From the NCBI GenBank assembly GCA_977017575.1, contig CDRNVI010000053.1, positions 682,001 through 746,000 of the forward strand: a stretch of 64,000 nucleotides of DNA. Direction: 5' to 3'. Of the stretch, positions 10,096 to 20,914 are shown piece after piece. The notes beneath the pieces were generated by a model. That model did not search any database. It was not told the DNA's origin and saw only the letters and a program-made list of their open reading frames with translations. The position numbers and the translations under genes were made by a program. Every line of letters begins with the position of its first letter. The first letter of the stretch is position 1. The stretch comes from Paramoeba atlantica. Taxonomy: Eukaryota > Protista > Discosea.

Positions 10096-11016
10096 AATTT
10101 CTTTTTTAGGCTCTTCGTTAAACGCGGTGGTTGCTTTCAACTTAGAAGTCACTCATGCTGCCCGCTTCGCGTTGAAAACTACCGCCGCGTTTAACGAAGA
10201 GCCTAAAAAAGAAAATTTAGCCTGGAAAACGGAAAGATTATAGCCAAAAATAGCCGAATTTCGGGTAGAAATGGGGTGATTTTCGCGTATTTTTGCTCTC
10301 AGAGCACTAAATCCGACATTTGCGCGTGGGAAATCACTCGCAGGCATGAATGAAAGCCTACCGAACTTCTATTGGGTAGAGAATGCGACTCCAACCATAC
10401 CATTCTTTCGACACAAAAATGCCCCTTTAGGTCCGAAAAATACTTTTTCACCTTTTTTAGTCAAAAATGGGTCATTTTGGGGGGCGCACCACAGTTCGAA
10501 GAAGTGATACCTTGCGAAAACAACTGCGTAGAAAGCTAGTGTAGGTCCCAAACTATCAAAATACAATAGGGGAAACGATTTTGGAAAAATATTTTTTTTG
10601 TCATTTTTTTCGCCAAGTTGAAATTTTTTTCAAAAAAAAATTTCCGAAAAAATCCGAACTTGGCGGACCCGTCCTGCGGATACGCGGGGGGGTCACCCCC
10701 GGGTAGGGGGGTGGAAAATGCGCGCCAAGACCCCGGCTACCCTTTCTGCGGTTTTTTTTCGAAAACTAATTTTTTCGAAAAAATTTGCTCGACCATGCCC
10801 CCCCCCCTGGACCCCCCCCCTGGACCCCTCCCATGGACCCCCCCCATGGACCCCCCATTTTTTTCAAAAATTTTTTTCAGTTTTGGACCACCGGAGCCCC
10901 CTTTTATATTTTTTTCTTCTATTATATTACTGTGTTCCTCTTTATATTTTCACTGTTTTTGTTCACTTTTTTTTCAATAATCGAGTGTAGAGCGGTAGTT
11001 TTACAACCGCCGCAAT
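10096..11016 (+). mobile_element. Non-autonomous Helentron/DINE-like element, copy 1
   Basis: 5' palindrome at 10102-10210; central TGGACCCCCC repeats at about 10800-10860; 3' end gcggtagttttacaaccgccgcaat complementary to the 5' arms. Near-identical to 52253-53140 on the opposite strand. The repeat is certain; the superfamily is inferred. Confidence 0.7.
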
Positions 11017-11175
11017 GTTAAGAAGTTAATAATTCACCCGATTTTCACCATTTGCTACACACTCTTGCATCCCTCTTTAAAAGGAGTCAACTACTGTTTG
11101 AGCCAGCTCACGCGCTTTTGGACTCCTCAAAAATTCTTCAGATACTACCTGGATAATCTCGGATTGCGTATTCGG

Positions 11176-11759
11176 TCACTTTTTATTCTTCTCCTGTATT
11201 AAAAAAGACCAAAACTTTTCAGAGGGAGAAAGGTCAGGAGAGTCAGCCAGCCATTTTGGGAGAATAGTTCCATCGGAACTTTTGTAGGTGCGCAAACTTT
11301 GAGTACCTAATTCATCCCTCGTCCTCCACCACATCATTGTCTTCTTCGCCGTATGTGGCGGTGCTCCGCCATCCTGAAAAATCATGTCAGGATGAGATGC
11401 ATGGTAAGGAATCCACTGTTTCATCAAGATGTCCTTTCGGTAGTAGTAATTTCCTAATTTGCGACCACGAGGGGGATCTCACGACTTTCACCGGGATACA
11501 AAGAACGTATGGCCTCGTGTGCGCAAAACTCTGTAAAGTTGTTACACCAATGCCGAGGGATTTTACCTTGAATGTCTATGCCCCCCCAGAGCATGACTTT
11601 AGTCGGATGATGTACCCGCGCATCAGTTATAAGGAGTTTCTTTAAAAAGAGTCCTCCTGTGAGTTGTTGCTCTTTCAACAAAGCCTGACGAAACAGCACA
11701 CAATGTTCTTCTAGAAAGTTGTTCATCCTTGTATGCATAAGACAAATTGGATGCTGCAT
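11176..11759 (-). pseudogene. Tc1/mariner (IS630-like) DDE transposase remnant
   Basis: VMLWGGI, IFQDGGAPPHTAK and WLADSPDLSPSEKFW match the Tc1-type VMVWG, QDNAPxH and WPxxSPDLNPIENxW motifs. Split over two frames; no TIRs found. Confidence 0.8.
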
Positions 11760-11889
11760 CTTGCAGCAAGATGGGGGGATTTAAGGTATTTTACTTTGCA
11801 GTTATTTTTTTATTTTTTTCAATCACCATGAACCTAGACAGGTATTTCAGCTTCAAATCACTAGAAGTTCAAGGTACAGTATAGCGGAA

Positions 11890-13032
11890 ATGTCCAAGCG
11901 AGCTTTGTTTGGTCTTGGATTTATTACTGGTGGTACATTCGCATCACTGGGAACACTAATGATATTTGAATGGCGCTTAGACAAGGAAAATAATACTCTA
12001 CAGACTGATCCGAATGATCTAGTGTCCAAGGTCAACGAAAAAAACTACTTTGCTAATGACGTTTATGAGCATTTGGGATTACCTATCGAAGTGGATTCTT
12101 ATCAAACGCGCTCGTACATCTCTGGATTCAGTCCTAGACTTCGAACTCCTGAGTGGGTTTTCGAATACTTTTGCTCCAATGAAACGGCAGAGCGACTGTC
12201 CGAAGGGAAACGCAGTAATTCAAAATTTTTTGAGGAAAGAAGCATTCCTCTAAACTTCCGTTCTACCAATGCTGATTATGCATGGGGATCGGAGCTGGGG
12301 TTGAGCCGCGGGCACCTAGCCGCAGCTCAGTTTCATAAAGAATCGCAGTCAGCAATTGACGACACTTTTAATCTCTCGTTTAATATTGTTCCTCAACAAA
12401 TGACTATGAACGGCTGTGACTGGTTTCGCCTGGAACAAATGGTGAAGCGTATGTCAAAGATCTATAATGAAACATGGGTAATCACAGGACCTGCTTTTGT
12501 GCCAACTAAAGGAAAGCACCCTGGAGTGTGGGAAATGACATATTCGCTTGTAGGGGAAAGACGAGTCGCCGTTCCGACGCATCTTTACAAGATTATTCTG
12601 GGGAAATCTTCGGAAGGGGAATATCATATGGCATCATTTCTTATGCCCAACGAACCTTTACCCGTGGAATATCCTTTAACGCATTATCAAGTCCCTCTTG
12701 AACAAATTGAATCTCACACAGGATTGCGCTTCTTTCCTAATTTGCGGAGGTCCTCTCCTCGCTTGCCTAACATGTGCAATCACCAGACCTGTGAAGGTAC
12801 ATATGGAAGCTTCAGTGCGCGTTATCGTTTGCTTGCTCGTATGCAAACTGCTTCCTCTATAGAAACCTTAGAATCTCTTTGGAAACAAGCAATGGAAAAA
12901 CGATACACCGATACGTACATGAAATCTCAATACAACATATTGAAAGAAAGATGGAAAGCTACGCATGTACTGCAAAGCAAGACTCACGTGAAATTTGACA
13001 AGCTTTTAAATGAAAATAAAAAGCATGAATAA
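11890..13032 (+). CDS. ENDOG: Mitochondrial endonuclease G (DNA/RNA non-specific nuclease)
   Basis: PEWVFE, SRGHLAAA (beta-beta-alpha-Me finger), NIVPQ, VITGP, VPTHLYK; N-terminal hydrophobic segment. Confidence 0.92.
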   Translation: MSKRALFGLGFITGGTFASLGTLMIFEWRLDKENNTLQTDPNDLVSKVNEKNYFANDVYEHLGLPIEVDSYQTRSYISGFSPRLRTPEWVFEYFCSNETAERLSEGKRSNSKFFEERSIPLNFRSTNADYAWGSELGLSRGHLAAAQFHKESQSAIDDTFNLSFNIVPQQMTMNGCDWFRLEQMVKRMSKIYNETWVITGPAFVPTKGKHPGVWEMTYSLVGERRVAVPTHLYKIILGKSSEGEYHMASFLMPNEPLPVEYPLTHYQVPLEQIESHTGLRFFPNLRRSSPRLPNMCNHQTCEGTYGSFSARYRLLARMQTASSIETLESLWKQAMEKRYTDTYMKSQYNILKERWKATHVLQSKTHVKFDKLLNENKKHE

Positions 13033-13805
13033 AATTTTGACTAGAACTTCAAAACAAGTCTCCATTGGTTGATTTTTTCTGAGGGAAAGGCATACTAGTA
13101 CCCCTGTTCAGACTCACTTACACCCCTACAGGTCGCATTTTCTGTACTATTTCGGAAGAATAACAGGATGTTTTTCGCCCCAATCATTGCAATAATTTTT
13201 CGGGTCAAAGTGATCATAAATGTATCAAAAAATCGTTTTTCTTTTTTCAGAAACCATTCTACGTCCAAAAATGACTTCGTAGAGCGCTCTAGCTTCGTTT
13301 TTCTTATGTTTTTTGACTTAAGTCGATTAAAATCAGTATCTAATGTTCTGTCTGGTGGTATTTTTCCCACCTACCTTTTGGCCTTTTGGTACCTTTTGGC
13401 CACCTGCCTTGGGCCAAACTCCGGAATATTATTCCGGTTATTCAATAACCTTTCGCCATTGCGTTCCATTTCCAAATCTCATACAGCATTGCCGTTTTGT
13501 GTTTGTTGGACTAACACGGCAGCGTCCACGAACGGTTCCAGCTCCGAATCGGTGGTTGCGTAGCCAATTTACTACGCTGTCCTCCGGAATGTCAGGAATT
13601 GAGGTTGCTACGAGCAAACAAGAAAAAGTAGGACAACCGGAACAGTCCATTCAATAAGTATTCCTCCGGCAAAATATGCTTGTAAATGATAGAAATGCAT
13701 TAAAAACGAATTATTTTGAGAAAATACTTGAAAACACAAATACATTAAAAATATATATATTTCAACTTTTTTTCTGATTTTTTGATACATTTATGGTCAT
13801 AATTA

Positions 13806-14215
13806 TTTTTCTTTTTTAGTCTCCTCGTTAAACGCGGTGGTTGTTTTCAGCATATAAGTCACTCGTGCTGCGAGCTTCGCGTTGAAAACTACCTTCGCGT
13901 TTAGCGAAGCGACTAAAAAAGACAATCTGGTCGGGAAAGCCGAAGAAACCAGAAGGATTTAAGCTAAAAATAACTTAAAGTTTCGTGTTTTGCTCTTAGA
14001 GCACGAAGAGTTGCGGGAAATTACTTGTAGGCGTGAATAAAAGCCTATAGAACGTAACTGGTCCATACCGTTCTTCCGACGGAAACAGACCCCTTTGGGT
14101 CCGAAAATTGCTCTTTCGCATTTTTTAGCTAAAAATTGCACGCAAATATCGGATTTGGTGCTCTGAAAAATTACCTTATTTTTAGTCGAGTATTTTTGGT
14201 TCAAATTAAGGGTCA
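13806..14215 (+). mobile_element. Helentron/DINE-like element, diverged 5' portion (copy 2)
   Basis: ttttagtctcctcgttaaacgcggtggttg...ttgaaaactaccttcgcgtttagcgaag parallels 10102-10210; further similarity downstream (gtccgaaaa). Ends at the 14218 MITE. Confidence 0.7.
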
Positions 14216-14217
14216 AC

Positions 14218-14768
14218 TGCAGTCAAAATGTACCCTAAAAAAATATTTTTTCAAAAATGCATATTTGCATCAGAGACGACTTCGTTTCTTGTTTTTAGGT
14301 TCTTACAAGGTGTAATTCGACATAAATAAGACAATTTGCCGATGGTTTCCACCTCGTTAACAAGTTAGATAGGCCTTCTGAAGAGAAAGGCCGAGCTCCG
14401 GAATTTTAGGGCGGTACTTCGAACCGCCTTCGAGCATTTCGAAACGTTGTTTACTTCTAGGTTTCTCTCCGCAGCTAGGTTATGGCGCATCGGCTCCGAA
14501 AGAGTGGTTCGTTAGACAGACGGCAAGGTTCTCCGACTCTATTTGCAAAATTGACATCACTATCGTCAAACATGCAAAAGTACTGCACCCTGAGATGTCG
14601 ATAATAACAAACGTAAATGCATAAGACGTAAACAAAACCAAAAGTGCGTGTAAATGACTCAAAGCTATCAACAAAATCCTTTTTTGTTTAAATTTTCTTG
14701 TCAAAAAAAATTGGAAAAAAAATGAATTTTTTGCTAAAATTTGAAATTTAGGGTACAGTTTGACTGCA
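14218..14768. mobile_element. MITE with 22-bp TIRs
   Basis: tgcagtcaaaatgtaccctaaa ... tttagggtacagtttgactgca (1 mismatch). Confidence 0.7.
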
Positions 14769-15138
14769 TATTACTCCAAATTAATTAGCAAAGGTGTATA
14801 CTACGATGATATGATTTTTTTCCTGAATCACCCTACTCAACCAGGTTTCCATTGCACTGATTTGCGTCCCGTTGATGGACTGCTCTTTAGTCTTAATATC
14901 TATGGAATCCCAAATAACATAGGAAGATACTTCGTGTATTTACACACGTTGCAGCTACATGACCACAAAAGAAACAAGTTGACTATTTTGGCCCAAACCC
15001 GATTCTCTTACCGGGGGGGTCTATGGTATTGCAAGTTGAATTTGCAATTATGCACTCCTTCAGTGTTTTTTTCATCAATCTGTAGCGTTTTTTTGAATTA
15101 CATGTAAGATCATTGTTGTCTTTTTTGGCGTTTACGAA

Positions 15139-15651
15139 ATGAACACAGATGTATCTCCCCTATTTTCCCTTAAAGACGCTCATCGCGCGCTAAATGTTTA
15201 TCGTGAAAAACAAGAGCGTTCTTTTATATGGCTTGAAACGCATTTAAAAAATATTCGCAATATTCTTGTAGGAATATATCTAATAAAGTGCAGTCTAGGA
15301 AAAACCAGTTCTAGAAGCTCGAGTCGACTCGGTATTACTAATACTGGGTCTCCAGGAAAAGCACCATGCTTTGACGTGGAAAACATATTGTTTTCTCTTA
15401 TGCAACCTCATATTACCAGTATGCTTCAGTCATCAAAGCCATCCTTTTTTGCAGCGGTAACCTATCTAAGCAATTTGCTTTGTTCGAATAGTGGATCTTT
15501 GAAGGATGAGCCCCACCTGACCGAAAACATGCTAACTCAGTCGTTCAAGGATACAGTTGTCACGGCACTACGTCACTCACTACGTGACCCTCTTTACAAA
15601 ACCTACTGGGGAGAGGTAAAATCTCTTCTTTATACTCTTCAATCACTCTGA
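15139..15651 (+). CDS. Hypothetical protein, 170 aa
   Basis: ATG-initiated ORF on the coding strand after a T-rich tract; no motif recognised. Confidence 0.5.
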   Translation: MNTDVSPLFSLKDAHRALNVYREKQERSFIWLETHLKNIRNILVGIYLIKCSLGKTSSRSSSRLGITNTGSPGKAPCFDVENILFSLMQPHITSMLQSSKPSFFAAVTYLSNLLCSNSGSLKDEPHLTENMLTQSFKDTVVTALRHSLRDPLYKTYWGEVKSLLYTLQSL

Positions 15652-15696
15652 AAAGTTTGAGCTGTTCTCAATCGCACTCGAAATTCCACTAAAATA

Positions 15697-15738
15697 TACA
15701 GGGGTGTCAACTTCCATCTGGGACTTGACACCCCTGCA
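15697..15738. repeat. Minimal TIR relic / hairpin
   Basis: ta-caggggtgtcaa-N14-ttgacacccctg-ca; 12-bp perfect inverted repeat. Confidence 0.6.
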
Positions 15739-16088
15739 TATATTTTTCATTAAAATTATTTATATTTTTCTTGCAAAAAAGCATTTCGACAAAACATAAA
15801 CTTTTTTTATAAGTTTTTCATGTTTGATACTTCTTGCCCTAAAATTGTTTGCCGCAGCTTTGTATTTCAGAAACATCTAGGCTTCCTTATGGCCATCTAA
15901 CATACCCCTCCTGGAATTTTGAAGAACATTTGAACAATCTCGTTTCCGTTTACTTTTGCTTAATAAATACACTGTATGCACTGCATAAACTACACTGTAT
16001 TTGGGGATATGGTGGTAGTTACGTTCACAGCAATATCGTATCTTATAGTTCTATAGCTTTTAATTTCGTTCAATCTAACTTTCAAAAA

Positions 16089-16784
16089 ATGAAAGTTGTC
16101 CTACGCCGTCGGCTTACTGAGCTAGTTGAGGTTCCTGTGGAGCCTGTTCGCACGAATCCAGTAATGTATTTTGATGTAACTATTGACAAGGAAAACTGTG
16201 GTCGCATAGTAATGGAATTGTTTCGTGATGCAGTTCCTCAGACAGTAGAAAATTTTAGGTCCTTGTGCACTGGAGAGCGTGGTTTGCTCAAATACGTTTG
16301 GCGAATGGGAACTGGGACATGCCCTCTGCACTACAAGGGAATTCAATTCCACCGCATCATTCCTAATTTTGTTGTACAGGGGGGTGACATTTTACGTCAA
16401 AATGGTAGAGGAAATGAAAGCATCTTTGGCTACAAGTTTCCGAATGAATCTTTTGAGGGGAAAGCAGGAAAAAATCTTGCTGGAACTCTGGCTATGGCCC
16501 ATAGTGGGCCGAATCAACATGGGTCTCAATTCTTTTTCAACCTTAAAACGAATACTTACTTGAATGGAAGATACGTAGTGTTCGGTCAGGTTTTGAAGGG
16601 CATTGAAGTATTGCACGAATTAAATCAATTAGGAACATTATGTGGTGTACCGCGCCAAAGAGCCTGGATTTCTGAATGTGGTCAAGCAGGTCCTGTTGAG
16701 GTCCCATCCCAAGATTTTGATCGTCAGAATTGGCATTCGAGTCCTCCTCCACACTACACTTCAAACGTAGGGCCAAGACCATAA
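16089..16784 (+). CDS. Cyclophilin-type peptidyl-prolyl isomerase
   Basis: VPQTVENFRSLCTGE, FHRIIPNFVVQGGD, LAMAHSGPNQHGSQFF, YVVFGQV. First in-frame ATG at 16089. Confidence 0.93.
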   Translation: MKVVLRRRLTELVEVPVEPVRTNPVMYFDVTIDKENCGRIVMELFRDAVPQTVENFRSLCTGERGLLKYVWRMGTGTCPLHYKGIQFHRIIPNFVVQGGDILRQNGRGNESIFGYKFPNESFEGKAGKNLAGTLAMAHSGPNQHGSQFFFNLKTNTYLNGRYVVFGQVLKGIEVLHELNQLGTLCGVPRQRAWISECGQAGPVEVPSQDFDRQNWHSSPPPHYTSNVGPRP

Positions 16785-18270
16785 GAACGATTTTCTGTGC
16801 ATTGAATTTCATATGATCTCCATAATTTGTACGAATGCTTAACATACATCAATATATATCTATTAAGAAGCTTTGGTCTTGGGAAATGCTTGAAGTTTCA
16901 ATCATACGTACAGGGGGTGGCACGAAAATATAGGGGGGTCAAAATTTTTATAACTTGTCCAATTATGGAAAGTAGCATCGCATTCGAGAGCTCTCGCAGA
17001 GTTACGTGTCACCTGATAATGCGTTTCCCGTATCCAGGGGGTAGTTCTCTATGCCAAAGGGGCTGAAAACAGCAATAGCAAGTTTGAAAAATATCTCATT
17101 TAATATCCACAATGTCCTCCATTTTTTGGTAATGTAATCGTAATACGGCTTGGAATTGTCCTCAAAGTGTCTAAAAGTGTCTGTTCTCCTTTCAACAATT
17201 CAATCCCAGATGCGATCGCCGATCACAACTCTGACCGATTTGCGGGGCATAATGAACTTTTGTAGGCATCAATTATCCCACAAATGTTTTCTCCATACTT
17301 CCTTAATAAAAGCGGTGGGTGACTTTAAGCTATCCTCGAGGACTGTAACAATGCCGATCACGATGATGTACACCCTTGTTATTGGAATCATCCCGTTTCT
17401 GTGGGGTAACGAGGCGGAAAGGTAAAAAAATAGAAGGAAAATACCTAAAATATCGAAAATATCGATGAAACTGAAGAACCTTGCAAGTTCCAAACCTATT
17501 ATTCGAGGTGAACCTTTGTCGCTAGTTTCTATTACCTTCCTCCTGGAATCCCGTGAGTCTTCCACAGTGCGAATGGATTTCTTAGGTCTGACGTCGCTAG
17601 TTTGCGCTTGTTTTCTGTTTGAGAGTGCGGACACCGCCGTTGTGGAAGGGCCTTTCCTACCTGGAAGGGTTGCTTACGCCGGTGGAACTGAACCAATATT
17701 CGCATTTTTCTCAGTTCTGGTAAAAAACGTTTACCTGAACTTTTTTCCGCCCCTTTTTTATGATGAATTGTGTTTCTGTACATTAATTTTATATTAACGG
17801 TGTGTTTTTTGAATTCGTTTGTACTTATTTATCAACCTTTTCACCTTTTAATGACGCGCACTGGATGCGTTAAGGTTCTCGTGTCGTTCAAGAAGTTTCA
17901 TTGGAAAAAAGTCCTCCAGGAGTGAGAATCAATGTCTTAAATGGATGCGAAAGCACTCTCCAGTGGCGCAGAAAGTGATTTGGTACAAGCATCATCGAGA
18001 GAATAGAAGAACCGCAAATTATCTGTATCTGACTCTGTTCCGAATAGAACGTTCCAGAATCCTTTTCTCCAAACTTTGCTTCAGGAAGTCGCATAAAAAT
18101 GCATTCTATCTGACACCCGTCACGATCCATCACGACTCACGGAAATTCATTCAAATTTCCGCGGGGGGGTATATCATCGTGTGTAATGCTTGCGGAACAG
18201 TGTTTAACTACGATTTAGTCATTACATGATATTGATAGATATTAGACGCGTGTAATATTGCTTTTTTTAC

Positions 18271-20559
18271 ATGGGGTTTCCGGGGCTATGGTCATGGTTT
18301 GAACGCACTTTTAGTTGTTCAAGGTCGCTGCCTCGGCAGGTTGACGATCTTTATATTGAAGTGAACCACCTTTTGCACCGTGCCTTGGAGAGTTCCGAAA
18401 CCGAAGATCTGTTCTACAGTATTGTACTGGAACGTATCGATCACATTGTAAACACGGTTATGCCAAGTCGTATGGTGTACCTTACTGTAGATGGAGTTGC
18501 CCCGTTTGCAAAGATGAAAACGCAACGCGCGAGGCGATTTCGGCGGGGACCAACCCCGCATCTTGATGCAAATTCTATCACCCCAGGAACGCGTTTGATG
18601 GAGGGCTTACTAAAAACTCTGCGGTGGTACGCTGTTTCAAAATTAAATGGAACCCGGTTTGGTCAGACAGTTTGTATAGTAGTGGATGGTCCTGACGTAC
18701 CTGGCGAGGGCGAAGCAAAGGTTTGTAGGGTTATTGAACATCAACCAGAGGTGCAAGGTCGACAAATTACATCTTTAATAGTATCTCCCGATGCCGATTT
18801 AATTCTTTATGCACTTCTCTCAAAGCACAACGAGATTTACATTTGTAAGGATATTCAAAAAAATAACTGTCTCTCTACTGGCGTGCTCCGTGAACGTATC
18901 GTATTACGCGCAACTCAGGGTATCGAGAAGAGCGACGCTTCATTTCATAGGGAGCGTATAGTTTGCGACATAGCAGTTTTGTTTTCCTTGGTTCAAAATG
19001 ATTTTCTTCCTACTCTTGACGGTATTGATTCCCGAAAATCACAAACTTTGACCGAATTATTCACCATGTACATAGAAGGCTTTATCGGGCATTGGGTCGA
19101 CCCTCAGGAAAACATCCTACATATTGAGCGCATGTTGCCTTTCTTTCAGTATTGCGCCAGAAATGCGACTGCTGTACTGCCTTTAAAGCGACTTGCAGAA
19201 AGTGAAGACTCCGAGGACTTTATTTCTCTTGTTAATCCAGCACCGAAACTTTCCACAAAATTTCACATACGCTCTCATGCAACTGAGGCAACCGTACTTG
19301 AGTATTTACGAGGGTGCACTTGGGTTGTTGGGCTTATCTTACATCGCACCCCGCCGAGTTGGACGTGGACATATTCTTATGAAAGCGCTCCTCCAGCAGC
19401 ACAACTTGCGGATACTAGTTTACTTAAACGTTTGGCATTGACCGTGTCATATCAAGGATTTTCACCTTCAGAGCCTCCAAGTCCTTTTCTACAGCTCCTC
19501 CTGGTGCTTCCTCGACATTCTCTTACTTGCTTACCTGATACGTATAGGAAGCTAGTATCTGATTCTCCTACTTGGATAGCTCAGTGCGAAAGACCAGAAT
19601 GGGGAAACCCAAAACCACTTCAAGAACTTGCCTCAAGTATGCAACAGAATTTGTCACTGAATGAGCGAACATTTAGTCAGGAAGGAATTGCCGTGCTTTT
19701 TTCTTCTGATGAAAACAGTTTTTCTCAAGAAATAAGAGAAATTTCATCCTTAAGAGGGTCCAGTTCGAAAGATGACAGAAAATATAATGCTTCATCAAAC
19801 TTTTCAACCGTCGAAGAATTTATAAAAATTAAATCTACGATGCATGTGCTCCGTGAAGAAATTTGTTGTTTTGAAGACGCGAAGAGAATGAAACCGACTG
19901 AGCTTCCTGGTTTAGATGACCTATCGAAGGAGGACGTTTCTCTCCTTCGAAGCGGAGCAAGGAAAAACGTCCTACATGACCAAGCTAAAACTCCAAGGTC
20001 ACGTCTATATTTTTCACGTGCAAATCCAAAAGCAATGGTAAACTATCGTATTGTATTAACCGATGTAGACCAGGTACCATCATTGGGGGAAACTTCGTTG
20101 AATAACACCAGACCTGAAGTGCAAAAGGTGAAGAATCAGACAGCTACTTTTCCCATCGTGCCAATCGATCAGGCTATGAGACACTGGGTGCTTTTCGAAG
20201 GTCCTCCCAGAGGGCTTATTTGCCCTTCATTTATTGAATACTTGCCTTGGCATGGACGAGCTAAGTGCGAAGACTTTGTTCTTCCTTCCTTTGTACATCC
20301 TGTGATAGAGGTTTGTCGTGTCGTTCACGTGGGGCTGCAGATGCCAAAAGAGGCACCTATCCTGAACTCGAGCGTACCCCGTACTTCGAAAGATGAAACC
20401 GAAACTTTGGACCGCAGCACACTCGGAAATCCACGTACCGCGCCATACCATTTAAACGATTCTTTTTTGCTAGTGCCGCCTGAGGCAAGCGATAAAGTGA
20501 AACATCAAGCTACAGACTTGCTTCGTCGATTACAAGGTCGTAAGAAGGTCGAATCTTAA
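18271..20559 (+). CDS. XRN-family 5'-3' exoribonuclease
   Basis: MGFPGLWSW, DGVAPFAKMKTQRARRF, NSITPGT, PGEGEAK, SPDADLI, NDFLP. Confidence 0.92.
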   Translation: MGFPGLWSWFERTFSCSRSLPRQVDDLYIEVNHLLHRALESSETEDLFYSIVLERIDHIVNTVMPSRMVYLTVDGVAPFAKMKTQRARRFRRGPTPHLDANSITPGTRLMEGLLKTLRWYAVSKLNGTRFGQTVCIVVDGPDVPGEGEAKVCRVIEHQPEVQGRQITSLIVSPDADLILYALLSKHNEIYICKDIQKNNCLSTGVLRERIVLRATQGIEKSDASFHRERIVCDIAVLFSLVQNDFLPTLDGIDSRKSQTLTELFTMYIEGFIGHWVDPQENILHIERMLPFFQYCARNATAVLPLKRLAESEDSEDFISLVNPAPKLSTKFHIRSHATEATVLEYLRGCTWVVGLILHRTPPSWTWTYSYESAPPAAQLADTSLLKRLALTVSYQGFSPSEPPSPFLQLLLVLPRHSLTCLPDTYRKLVSDSPTWIAQCERPEWGNPKPLQELASSMQQNLSLNERTFSQEGIAVLFSSDENSFSQEIREISSLRGSSSKDDRKYNASSNFSTVEEFIKIKSTMHVLREEICCFEDAKRMKPTELPGLDDLSKEDVSLLRSGARKNVLHDQAKTPRSRLYFSRANPKAMVNYRIVLTDVDQVPSLGETSLNNTRPEVQKVKNQTATFPIVPIDQAMRHWVLFEGPPRGLICPSFIEYLPWHGRAKCEDFVLPSFVHPVIEVCRVVHVGLQMPKEAPILNSSVPRTSKDETETLDRSTLGNPRTAPYHLNDSFLLVPPEASDKVKHQATDLLRRLQGRKKVES

Positions 20560-20914
20560 GGTTTGCTTTTGCTTAGGTGTTTTGCTGGGGTGGCATGGAA
20601 ATCGAGCAGTCAAAATCGGGTTCCAAGACGACGACGCATCGTACTAAGAATCTCACTACCCGCCGGAAAGATACAATGTAGGTACAAATCATTTTACAGG
20701 GCCAGTTTGGTTTGTACGAATATGGCTTCTCGCACAAATTTTTGAGACGTTCTATTATTTTCTTCTTATTATTATTCTTATTATTTCTTATTATTTCTTA
20801 TTATTTTCTTCTCATGCATTAGCATTATTTTGTATATTTAACAAGTTCAAATTAGCAATCTCCATTATATTCTATATTATTTATATTTGTTTTTTTCTTA
20901 CCAAAGTAGACCAG

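Noticed and set aside
10153-11021. Short ORFs repeated at 10.1-11.0 kb and 52.0-53.1 kb
   Set aside because: They are low-complexity translations of the non-coding repeat, and their similarity reflects DNA identity only.
15849-16088. N-terminal extension of the cyclophilin ORF from a TTG start
   Set aside because: AT-rich, non-conserved sequence upstream of the first ATG (16089); likely intergenic or UTR.
17772-17781. Extra gtttctgtac (also tttctgtac near 13139) as SL copies
   Set aside because: Only 9-10 nt matches with no flanking SL similarity, compatible with chance.
17945-18260. SKLC...CNACG...NI pattern as a TnpB/Fanzor C-terminus
   Set aside because: No RuvC motifs upstream, wrong spacing, no DRDxNA motif, and intervening stops.
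20755-20812. TTCTTATTAT-type simple repeat (also (ATGC)n near 22966)
   Set aside because: Ordinary low-complexity or polypyrimidine intergenic sequence.
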